From an uncultured Spirochaetaceae bacterium (GTDB lineage Bacteria > Spirochaetota > Spirochaetia > DSM-27196 > PWMO01): DNA of 59,183 nt. The notes under the pieces were generated by a model. It did no database searches. It saw nothing but the letters and a program-made list of their open reading frames with translations, and was not told the origin of the DNA. The stretch lies in the NCBI GenBank assembly GCA_964413635.1, contig CAYPTH010000003.1, positions 5,203-64,385 on the forward strand, in the 5' to 3' direction. A program made the translations under genes and the position numbers. Within the stretch, counting starts at the first letter, position 1. Each line of letters begins with the position of its first letter. Positions 44,737 through 53,218 of the stretch are shown piece after piece.

Positions 44737-45834
44737 CTACTCTTCTCCCAGGAGTCGTCGGATAGACACTACCGCGATCCGGGTCAATCGATCCTTCTCG
44801 ACCTCAACCTGTCCAATGATTTCCACGGACTCACCCGCATCTATGGAGACGCCAAAGGGCACCGCTGCCGATACGACGCCCTCGAGAACGCGCCCATCCT
44901 CGTATCCAACCATCAGGTCAAAACTGATTGTCTCACCAACGGAGAGGTTTGCCACTCGACCGCGCCACCGAACGTAGCAGCCCTGGTAGAGCCAGGGCTC
45001 CGAGACAACGTCGTCATACGCAAAGTTGTCCTGAAAGGATGAGAAGTCGGGAGTCTGAATGTATTCGGTCAACAGCGAAGCGCGCTCCTTCACAGCGGAG
45101 GAGGCGTTGGAGTTCAAGATGCGGTTGATTTCTCGCCGCGCCATATTGTCGCGGAAGTTGTGGAAGTAACCTGCGGCTCGATCGAATATGCGCTCTACCT
45201 CGTCCTCCGTAAAGACATATCGAAACTCGCCTTCATAGCCGATCCACGAATCAGGTTCTTGGTTGAATCGGGCAAGCTCCTCGCCTTCACGGGGAGGAGG
45301 TCCCTCTTCTTGCGTCAGAATACCGCTCATCGATACGAGATAGCCTCCGACCCCGACTGCGATCACGACCGCGCCGACAATCGCCAATCGTCGCAGCAGG
45401 AGTCCTCGACGTGGTGAGGGGGGAAGGAGAGCTCGAACTTCGCGCTCGCTCAGGTCCTGGGCCAGCGCAGTCGGATTCTCCGCCTGGCGGACCAAGTTCA
45501 AGCCCTTCTTCGCCAGTTTGTCCCCTGGGTCGAGCTCCAGCGCATCCAGCCAGGTCTGTATGGCGTCCGTGGGCCGCCGGCGCTTGAGCTCCGCCACCGC
45601 CAGCGCGTCCAACACCCGGGGGTTGTCGCGATCGAGTTGACTGCTCCTGCTGAGGAAGGAGTACGCCCCACCGTAGTCTCCGGTGCGAAGGCATGAAAAA
45701 CCGAGAAGCTCATAGAACCGCGGGTTCTCTCGATAGGCAAAGACCTGCGGCTCGAGGTGACGAATGACTTCCCCGTACCGGCCCTGGTGATACAGTCGCT
45801 CCGCCGCGCGCAGGCCCCGAGCTTTTTCCGACAT
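44737..45834 (-). CDS. bitopic hypothetical protein: cytoplasmic TPR region, one TM helix, extracytoplasmic beta-rich domain
   Basis: TPR-like N-terminus (YYELLGFSCLRTGDYGGAYSFL). The TM segment is LAIVGAVVIAVGVGGYLV. The C-terminal domain, about 190 aa, has unknown function. Confidence 0.65.
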   Translation of the reverse strand: MSEKARGLRAAERLYHQGRYGEVIRHLEPQVFAYRENPRFYELLGFSCLRTGDYGGAYSFLSRSSQLDRDNPRVLDALAVAELKRRRPTDAIQTWLDALELDPGDKLAKKGLNLVRQAENPTALAQDLSEREVRALLPPSPRRGLLLRRLAIVGAVVIAVGVGGYLVSMSGILTQEEGPPPREGEELARFNQEPDSWIGYEGEFRYVFTEDEVERIFDRAAGYFHNFRDNMARREINRILNSNASSAVKERASLLTEYIQTPDFSSFQDNFAYDDVVSEPWLYQGCYVRWRGRVANLSVGETISFDLMVGYEDGRVLEGVVSAAVPFGVSIDAGESVEIIGQVEVEKDRLTRIAVVSIRRLLGEE

Positions 45835-45839
45835 TCCGC

Positions 45840-46904
45840 TTACTGATCCGAAATTGCGTTTTTCCGCGCTTCCAGTTCGTCCAGGAGCCGCTGTATCAGC
45901 TCGAGATCCTCTTTGGAGGCTTCTTCTGGATTGGCGAGAAGCCGGTCTATCTCTTCAACAACTTCGTTTATGGCCAACACCTCTTGCAGAAGCGCGTCCG
46001 TCGTCGTCAAGGCTTCGCCTTCACCTTCGTTCTCCAGCATCCCGGCAAGGTCGCTTCGCTGCCCCCCCGACCCAAAGCCTGCTTCGTCGTAATTGCCGAT
46101 AAAGGTCGTAATTGTCCGGCTTTGTCCCGGCTCGAGCGTACGCCCTGCGTAGTAGATCGCTGCAGCCGAATCGTTTATGGAGTACGGAAGCAAGGAGAAG
46201 TTTCTGCCGGCTTGGACGGTGTAGCTGAACCGGGCGTCCGACAATCGCTTCCAATTGGCGAAGACCACCCGCTCCGGGCTCGTCGTTTCGCTACCGGATA
46301 TCATGTACTGAAACCCTACACCATCGTACTGATCCGATAGAGAGGCGAAAAACGTGTTGCTTGCATTCGGACGGATGGACTGCTCGCCCTCAATCGGGCT
46401 TCCGTCGGCGGTAACAAAATGAGCATCGCCGCCCTCGGACAGGGAGGTGTCCAGCAGGATGCGCAGTCCAACCTCTCGCGCGCTCTCAGACACGTTGGTA
46501 ATGGAGAGTGTCATCTTTACCCCGTTGACCAGCCGGGCGCTTGGCGAGCTCACGAAAGAGAAGCTTTGCCGAACCTCCAGCGTTCCCGAGGCGAACACGA
46601 AGGCCGGCTCCCTCCTGTCCGTTTCTGTGCGGAGCGTGAAGACGCCCGCATCTCCAAGCCGGTGAACCTGACCCGCGTCGGTCACACTGATACCAGATGT
46701 GCGAGGATCCCGCGCGAAAAAGAGCGGCGTGTACTCGTCCGTCCGGAGATCTCTCAGATAGCTCAAGCTGAAGCGTCCAACATCCTCGTGAAGCGTGAGC
46801 CTGATGCGTCCTTCCTCGAATTCTACCGCCGCCAGCGGAAGCGCGAACCCAAGGAGAAACGCCACTGTGAGGATGACTGCTGGGATGCGACGAAGATCTC
46901 TCAT
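45840..46904 (-). CDS. secreted hypothetical protein (signal peptide, beta-rich body, acidic helical C-terminus)
   Basis: Signal peptide is IPAVILTVAFLLGFALPLAAVE. The C-terminus is EVVEEIDRLLANPEEASKEDLELIQRLLDELEARK. No motif recognised. Confidence 0.6.
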   Translation of the reverse strand: MRDLRRIPAVILTVAFLLGFALPLAAVEFEEGRIRLTLHEDVGRFSLSYLRDLRTDEYTPLFFARDPRTSGISVTDAGQVHRLGDAGVFTLRTETDRREPAFVFASGTLEVRQSFSFVSSPSARLVNGVKMTLSITNVSESAREVGLRILLDTSLSEGGDAHFVTADGSPIEGEQSIRPNASNTFFASLSDQYDGVGFQYMISGSETTSPERVVFANWKRLSDARFSYTVQAGRNFSLLPYSINDSAAAIYYAGRTLEPGQSRTITTFIGNYDEAGFGSGGQRSDLAGMLENEGEGEALTTTDALLQEVLAINEVVEEIDRLLANPEEASKEDLELIQRLLDELEARKNAISDQ

Positions 46905-46905
46905 A

Positions 46906-47943
46906 TTACTGCCCCACCTCCGCGTTTCGCAGCAATTCCCGAACGAAGAACTCCTTCAACTCGAGTGCTCGCTCCTTCGCGGCAACCAGCGCCCTGGTCG
47001 ACGGGGCGAGCTCGTCCAATTCACCTTCCCGAGCCGGTGCGGCCGAAGTCGGTTCCTGTCGTTCCGCTTCCGACGCCGTCGCTCGAGCCTCAGAGAGCCG
47101 ATCCCGAAGGTTCTGGATCTCCGCCGTCAAGTCATCTATCCGCGTGTCTTTCTGTTGCACCTCTTGGCGCAAGCTGTTTTGCTGCTGAGTCAAACGCTGC
47201 ACTTCAGATTGGAGGCTGAGCTGCCGATCCTCCGAAATCTGGCGTTGATAGTCGGATATTGCAGCCTCGAATGACTGCTCCCGTTCCTGAAACTCCTCAA
47301 CCGCCTTCACATACTCCTCATGACTCCACTGCAGCAACTTGAGCAGTTCCTCCTCGCGACGCCTGAGGTCAATGATAGAAAGCCGATACTGAGCGGGCTC
47401 CGCCCGATAGCTGCGTGGGTACTGCTCCGTCACGGTCCGAAACGCTTGCTCGGCTCGGTCGAAGTGTCCCAAGGCAAAAAGCGACTCTCCTATCCAGTAG
47501 TAGGAATTTGCGACGAAGGGGGATTGCGGATGTTCGTTCACGAAAGCCTCGAGGGCGCGGATGGACTGTTCGTAGTCACCCTGCAAATACAGGAGTCGCC
47601 CGTTCTCGTAGGCTCCTTCTACGTAGTAGGGGTTATCCGGATAGTTCGCAAGGAAGAACTCGAGGTTGTCTGCCGCCTCGTTCAGCCGCCCAAGCGCAAT
47701 GGCGGACTTCGCGATCCAGAAATACGCATCCCCGTGAAGGCGTTCGTAGGAGTCCTGCGAGAGCAGCTCCCGAAAGGTCACGAGAGCTTGCTCGAATTGA
47801 CCCGCCTCGTAGCGGTCAATTGCCTCATTGAAAATTGCCGACGCCGAGTCCGTCGATGAATCCTGCGCCGGTGCTCCGACAATACCGAGCAGGACGAACA
47901 GGGCGGTTAGCGCCATAATACGTTGGGCGGTTGTACTCATCAT
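46906..47943 (-). CDS. secreted TPR plus coiled-coil protein (YbgF/CpoB-like TPR region followed by a coiled coil of about 140 aa)
   Basis: Signal peptide is IMALTALFVLLGIVGAPAQD. TPR units follow (YFWIAKSAIALGRLNEAADNLEFFLANYPDNPY, YWIGESLFALGHFDRAEQAFRTVTEQYPRS). The C-terminus is Q/E/L heptad-rich. The track start at 47946 is GTG, with ATGs at 47943 and 47940. Confidence 0.65.
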   Translation of the reverse strand: MMSTTAQRIMALTALFVLLGIVGAPAQDSSTDSASAIFNEAIDRYEAGQFEQALVTFRELLSQDSYERLHGDAYFWIAKSAIALGRLNEAADNLEFFLANYPDNPYYVEGAYENGRLLYLQGDYEQSIRALEAFVNEHPQSPFVANSYYWIGESLFALGHFDRAEQAFRTVTEQYPRSYRAEPAQYRLSIIDLRRREEELLKLLQWSHEEYVKAVEEFQEREQSFEAAISDYQRQISEDRQLSLQSEVQRLTQQQNSLRQEVQQKDTRIDDLTAEIQNLRDRLSEARATASEAERQEPTSAAPAREGELDELAPSTRALVAAKERALELKEFFVRELLRNAEVGQ

Positions 47944-48037
47944 CACTTCCCTGAAATTATCGGCATTCCCTAAAAACCGCTGAACCGAGTGCGCTCATGA
48001 TAGCGCAAGCGTCCACGGGTGGCAAACCATCATCACG

Positions 48038-48067
48038 TTGACTGACCGGCGCCATCTAATGTATTAA
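48038..48067 (+). promoter_or_regulatory. sigma70-like promoter TTGACT-N18-TATTAA upstream of the 48095 gene
   Basis: Read directly in the 151-nt divergent intergenic region. The -10 element ends 27 nt before the ATG. Confidence 0.4.
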
Positions 48068-48094
48068 TAGAGAGGACAGTAAGATATATGGATT

Positions 48095-49048
48095 ATGTCT
48101 CGAATCATCTCCGAACGGCAGGGGGATACTGTCAGCCAGACTATTGGACGCGCATACGAGCTGGTCAAGCAGCATCAGCTCGGAGAAGCTTTGCGTCTTC
48201 TCGAAGAGGCTCTCGCTGAAGACTTCGACAATTCGGAAGTCGTTTCGTCACTGAAATATCTGAACTTCTGGAAAGATCGGCAAGAGAAAGTCGAGGAGAT
48301 CTCGAACCGGTTCGAGAGAGGGGAGTATCTCCTTTCCCAGTGGAAGTTGTTTCAGGGCTTCCTCCACCGCGTCGGATCAGCGTCGGAAAGGTGCCTATAC
48401 GTAATTCGGCACCATGTCTTTGATACTGCTCTTCAGAATTATCTGACTGTGTATCAGGACGGGACGACGACAGACTCCGAGTTGCTTCTTCGCCTCGGGC
48501 GCTGCCACAAGTGGAAGGGCGACTACCAGAAGGCGCTCGAGTTCCTCAAGAAAGGAGCTTCTGAGCGTCCCGACAGCGCGGAGATGTTGGCTGAGCTTGC
48601 TGATTGCTACGCCATGGTCAACGAAGTTCAGCGTGCGAAGGTCTTTTTTCGCGAAGCCTTCTTCGTAGATCCACAAGGCGTGGATCTATCGAATCTCGAG
48701 TCCGGCTTGATCCATCGTCTGGTGGAAAGCGTCGTTGAGATGGGCATTTCCGGGAAAGCTGTCAATGAGTGGGTGCCGGTATATGGAGTGCTGTTCGGAG
48801 TTTTCACGGTGAAGCGCGAATTGCGATCCATTGAGTACGGCAAGTTGAAACAATCGATTTATGCGCTCGAACGCGAGCATGAGGCGGCGCCGAACCCTGG
48901 AGACCGAGTTACTGCGCGCCTCATTAACAAATACTTCTGGTTGATTGACCATTACGTTCACACGAACGAGGACTCGGCGAAGATCGATGAAGTGCTGCTT
49001 CGCCTCAGGGGTCTCAACAGCCAGATTTATCGACAGTACGTCAACTGA
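48095..49048 (+). CDS. TPR-like helical hypothetical protein
   Basis: 317 aa with TPR-like units (RLGRCHKWKGDYQKALEFLKKGASERPDSAEMLAELADCY). It ends 18 nt upstream of the long greA. Confidence 0.65.
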   Translation: MSRIISERQGDTVSQTIGRAYELVKQHQLGEALRLLEEALAEDFDNSEVVSSLKYLNFWKDRQEKVEEISNRFERGEYLLSQWKLFQGFLHRVGSASERCLYVIRHHVFDTALQNYLTVYQDGTTTDSELLLRLGRCHKWKGDYQKALEFLKKGASERPDSAEMLAELADCYAMVNEVQRAKVFFREAFFVDPQGVDLSNLESGLIHRLVESVVEMGISGKAVNEWVPVYGVLFGVFTVKRELRSIEYGKLKQSIYALEREHEAAPNPGDRVTARLINKYFWLIDHYVHTNEDSAKIDEVLLRLRGLNSQIYRQYVN

Positions 49049-49066
49049 TTCAAGGAGTGGCCCGAG

Positions 49067-51787
49067 ATGGCGGAACAACAACAAACTACTGAACGCACGG
49101 TACTAGATCAGGTCGGCGAGTTGCTGAACGAAGAGAAGTGGACTCGTGCCGCGCTCAACAGCTATACCGTCAACAATTTTCGAGAGCTCGATGAGGTTCT
49201 CAACACCGTGTTTGCCGAGAGCTTGCAGGATGATGTCAACGAAATGTGCGAAGAGCACCTGCAGCACACCAAGAACAGCATCATTGCGCTCTATCTGTCC
49301 GGGATCATTCACCTTCATCGACAGACTGTTGACGACACAAACCTCGTTGTGCTCATCAATATCTTCACAGACAATCACAAGTGGAGGATTGTCGAGTATC
49401 TCGCCTCACGAATTCTCGACTTCGGTGAGAACAAGCACGCCTTGCGCACTCTCGCCGACTGTTACGACAGCGAGAACATGCAGGAACAGAAATACGAGGT
49501 CTGGGAGCGCCTGATTCGGGTCGACTTCGAGGAAGCCGACATTGTCCGCCGCCTTGCGGATCGCAAAGAGGAAGAGGGCGACATAGACACCGCCGTCGAC
49601 TACTACAAGAAAGCGCTCCACCGGTACATAAACAAGCGAAGCTTCAACAATATCAAAGAGATCTGGCATCGGCTCATTCAGTACGTTCCGGAGGAAACCG
49701 AGTTCTTCTTCCACGCCGAACAAAAGATCGCCAAGTCCGTGAGTGAAGAGCGGGCGGTCCAGCTCCTCGAGGACTACTATCCGCACTTCAAGAAGAGCGG
49801 GAATTGGGACACCGCGATCGATGTGCTGAAACGGGTGCTCTCCTACGACACCCGCAACCCCTGGGCGCGAAAGGAGATTGTCGAGTGCTATACGGCGAAA
49901 TATGCCGATCATAGTCACCTCGACGAGTACATTCGTCTTTCCAATCTCAATCAGAGCTGGCGCAATATACACGACGCTATTGCCGACTTCGAGAAGCATA
50001 TCTCCTTCGACGCCGGCAACTTCGTGTTCCACAGGTCATGGGGCGTCGGCATCATCCGGGAGATCAAAGACGAGTCCATTCGCATTGACTTTGCCCGCAA
50101 GCGGGGTCACGAGATGTCCCTCAAGATGGCGGTAAGCGCATTGGACATCCTCCCCAGAGACCACATCTGGGTCCTTCGAAGCGTATGGAAGAAGGAAAAG
50201 CTCCATGACAAGGTGAAGACCGATATCGTTTGGGCGCTCAAGGTTGTCATCAAGAGCCTTGGCAATGCCGCCGACATGAAGCGCATCAAGGCGGAACTGG
50301 TACCCCACATCCTCTCCCCCGGGGAGTGGTCATCCTGGAGCGCGAAGGCGCGCCAGATCCTCAAGACCAACAAACAGTTTGGGAACCTGACGGATAAGCT
50401 GGATCATTTCGTCGTACGAGATCAGCCGATTAGCTACGAGGAGAAGACCTTTAACAAGTTCAAGGCGGAGAAGACCTTCTTCGACCGCGTGAAGACCTTC
50501 AACGAATTCCTGGAGCACGTCGAGACAAGCGACGAGATCGGGACCGACAGCGAGTTCTTCCGGGAGATGTACGAGTACTTCGCGGGGTTTCTCCGCAGCC
50601 AAGGTGCAACGAACGAGTACGTTGTCTCCGCGAACTTGATTGTCCGTCGATTGGTCGAGAAGTATCCATTCTTGAACCCCGGAGTAGAGCTCGATTTCGG
50701 CCAACTCTTCGAAAGCATCAAGGACATGGAAGAGGTATTCACGGGCATTGAGAGCAATGATCTGCGAAAGCTGTTCCTCCAAGACATTCGGCGGTATGTG
50801 CCTGATTGGGCCGAGTACTATGCGCGGCTGTTCCCGTACCACCTCTCTCGCGACATTGTCCTGGAGTTGGAGAAGAACGGCCACATAGACAAGCTGAACG
50901 AGCTCTTTACCACCGTGCACAACAACTACCGTGACATGCGCGAGGCCTTTGTGTGGTTGGTACGAAACTGCAAAGACGATACCTGGTTCCAGGATCTCGG
51001 CGTCCCGGAAGAGAAGATTCTCATCGGCATGGTCCATCTCCTCGACATTACCGCGCGAGAGATCGACAACCGAAAGGACGTGAGCGGGAACCGTAAGCTG
51101 CATCGCCAGATTCACAACTATCTCTTCAAAGACGAGCATCTGAACAGGTTCATTGACAACGCGGATCCCGAATCCTTGAACCGAATTTTCACACTGGTGA
51201 GCGACGTCAAGGATCTCGATCCGGCCATTGTCATTGAGCTCAAACAACGCATCCTCGATCGCTACCCGAACTTCAAGTTCTACGGCGAATCCGAGGCGGA
51301 AACGGTTAGTCGTGGCTTCATTGTTACTGCGAAGAGCTACGAGGCGAAGCAGGCTCAACTACGCCACATCCACGACGTCGAGGTGCCGGATAACAGCAAG
51401 GAGATCGCCGAGGCCGTAGCCCACGGTGACCTGAGCGAAAATGCCGAGTACAAGGCCGCCAAGGAGCGTCAAGACATGCTGAATTCGACGGCCGGCCGTC
51501 TCAAGGATGAGCTTGAACGAGCTCAGATCATTCGAAAGAGCGATGTGGATGCTTCGTCGATCTCATTCGGCACTCACGTGAAACTGACCAACCTCGACAC
51601 CAACAAGACGGAGGAGTACACGGTCATGGGACCGTGGGAATCTGATCCGAACAAGTCAATCATTTCCTATCTCTCGCCATTGGGAAGCGAGCTCTACAAC
51701 CACAAGGAAGGCGAAGAGCTTCAATTCGAGATCAATGATCGAACGTACAACTACAGAGTCGAGGAGGTCACTCCGGCGGATTTCTAA
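49067..51787 (+). CDS. greA: long-form transcription elongation factor GreA (helical N-terminal extension of about 750 aa plus canonical GreA C-terminal 155 aa)
   Basis: The C-terminal part has HGDLSENAEYKAAKERQ (the acidic coiled-coil tip) and a GreA C-domain (GTHVKLTNLDTNKTEEYTVMGPWESD...ISYLSPLGSEL). SD AAGGAG lies upstream of the ATG at 49067. Confidence 0.85.
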   Translation: MAEQQQTTERTVLDQVGELLNEEKWTRAALNSYTVNNFRELDEVLNTVFAESLQDDVNEMCEEHLQHTKNSIIALYLSGIIHLHRQTVDDTNLVVLINIFTDNHKWRIVEYLASRILDFGENKHALRTLADCYDSENMQEQKYEVWERLIRVDFEEADIVRRLADRKEEEGDIDTAVDYYKKALHRYINKRSFNNIKEIWHRLIQYVPEETEFFFHAEQKIAKSVSEERAVQLLEDYYPHFKKSGNWDTAIDVLKRVLSYDTRNPWARKEIVECYTAKYADHSHLDEYIRLSNLNQSWRNIHDAIADFEKHISFDAGNFVFHRSWGVGIIREIKDESIRIDFARKRGHEMSLKMAVSALDILPRDHIWVLRSVWKKEKLHDKVKTDIVWALKVVIKSLGNAADMKRIKAELVPHILSPGEWSSWSAKARQILKTNKQFGNLTDKLDHFVVRDQPISYEEKTFNKFKAEKTFFDRVKTFNEFLEHVETSDEIGTDSEFFREMYEYFAGFLRSQGATNEYVVSANLIVRRLVEKYPFLNPGVELDFGQLFESIKDMEEVFTGIESNDLRKLFLQDIRRYVPDWAEYYARLFPYHLSRDIVLELEKNGHIDKLNELFTTVHNNYRDMREAFVWLVRNCKDDTWFQDLGVPEEKILIGMVHLLDITAREIDNRKDVSGNRKLHRQIHNYLFKDEHLNRFIDNADPESLNRIFTLVSDVKDLDPAIVIELKQRILDRYPNFKFYGESEAETVSRGFIVTAKSYEAKQAQLRHIHDVEVPDNSKEIAEAVAHGDLSENAEYKAAKERQDMLNSTAGRLKDELERAQIIRKSDVDASSISFGTHVKLTNLDTNKTEEYTVMGPWESDPNKSIISYLSPLGSELYNHKEGEELQFEINDRTYNYRVEEVTPADF

Positions 51788-51817
51788 TAGTGCCTTTGCG
51801 TGGCGGCGGCGTGCGGG

Positions 51818-53218
51818 CTATTCGCCTTGTACGTCGTCGGACTCCTTCGGCGCCGGCCCGACAAGGCGCTCGATGGTCTGTAAGGCTGCGGGGTGCAGCA
51901 CTGAGTTCGCCCGCAGCTCTTTCAGGGTATCGTCCAGACCGCTTATCTCTTGCCGCTCCACCCCTGCAATTGCGTAGAGCCGGGCGTTTCCCGTTCCTTC
52001 GGTAATCAGAATCCGGTAGAGCTCCCGCACCTCGCCGGATCCGGTCTGCGAAAGAATCCGCGCCAAGGGATCGGCGAGGGACTTCGCTCCATTTCCACCC
52101 TCAGAGAGATCCTCTCTCAGCGGCTCACTGAAGGCCGCCACCGCACGGGCCGGACTCTCTTCTACAAGCGTCTGCATGGCGCTCATGCGATCCTCGGGGG
52201 GCTTCGACGGATCAAGCGCAATCTCCTCCAAAACTTTGCTGTACTCTTCCGCCCCAAGGCTCGCGAGCGTCTTCATGGCGGCCTGTCGCACCCGTGGATC
52301 GGGGTCATTCGTAACTTTGTACTGCACCGCCCGCGACATCTCGTTGATCTCGTTTTCTCTGATCCACTCCAAGGCGTTCACTCGCGTCTGCGCCAATGAG
52401 TCCCGGAGCGCCCCCGACAGGATGGCTTGCCTATCGTCGAGATCGAGCTCCAGAAGCGCCTGTGTCGCATAGGACCGGACAATGGCATCTTTTCCGGAGA
52501 GCAGTTGCCGTAGGGGCCCTTCAGCGTCCTTGGCGCCGATTCGGCCCAGCGATTGTATTGCGTAGCCGCGGTAGAGACTCCCCGCTTGTGTGTCCTGGGC
52601 AATACTGAGAAGGGTTGTGGTCGACTGCGCAGTTCCAACTTCTCCCAACGCCAGTATTGCAGCCTCCCGGGTGGCCTGGTCCGTTCTGCGATTCTGAATC
52701 TTCTCGAGAAGCAACTCTTCCGATCCGGCGATCTCGCGCTCACCGAGAGCCCGGATCGCCTGTCTTGCCACACTACCGGAGCCTTTGTCGGCCGCCGCCA
52801 TGAGTGCATCAGCCGCACCCTCGGGCAGGGACACATCCGGGTTCCTCAACAGCCGCACGGCCGACGTTACCAGCCCATTGTCATTCCCCCGGAAGTTGGA
52901 GACAATTGCAACCGCAGTGCTCGCCGCTCCCTGGTACCCTAGCTCGTTGAAGAAATCTATGATCTGAGTTTGCAACCCCGGATTGAAGGATTCCCGGAAG
53001 CGCGCAAGGAGCGCTTCATTGAGGGCCGACTCATCCGCCTCTTTCAGGCGGGAGATCGCCTGGGACACCTCTTCATTGATACCGAACTCGATCGTGTCGC
53101 GGAGCTCATCCAGCGTCTCTTCATCCAGTTGCGCGAAGACACCGGGCACCAGTATCAAGCCCATCAGTAGCCCCAGCAAGGGTGCCCTTGCCGCCGATTT
53201 GAGTCGGTATCCGCTCAC
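51818..53218 (-). CDS. secreted HEAT-repeat protein
   Basis: HEAT/PBS-lyase-like repeats are present (DPDPRVRQAAMKTLASLG, REAAILALGEVG, GYAIQSLGRIG). The signal peptide is APLLGLLMGLILVPGVFAQ. I take the GTG at 53218, which overlaps the murJ stop (GTGA). The track ATG at 53332 lies deep inside murJ. Confidence 0.7.
   Translation of the reverse strand: MSGYRLKSAARAPLLGLLMGLILVPGVFAQLDEETLDELRDTIEFGINEEVSQAISRLKEADESALNEALLARFRESFNPGLQTQIIDFFNELGYQGAASTAVAIVSNFRGNDNGLVTSAVRLLRNPDVSLPEGAADALMAAADKGSGSVARQAIRALGEREIAGSEELLLEKIQNRRTDQATREAAILALGEVGTAQSTTTLLSIAQDTQAGSLYRGYAIQSLGRIGAKDAEGPLRQLLSGKDAIVRSYATQALLELDLDDRQAILSGALRDSLAQTRVNALEWIRENEINEMSRAVQYKVTNDPDPRVRQAAMKTLASLGAEEYSKVLEEIALDPSKPPEDRMSAMQTLVEESPARAVAAFSEPLREDLSEGGNGAKSLADPLARILSQTGSGEVRELYRILITEGTGNARLYAIAGVERQEISGLDDTLKELRANSVLHPAALQTIERLVGPAPKESDDVQGE

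Noticed and set aside
50330-51358. A 342-aa minus-strand ORF antisense to the long greA
   Set aside because: It is codon-aligned with greA (50330-49067 = 1263 = 3x421), so it is a shadow ORF.
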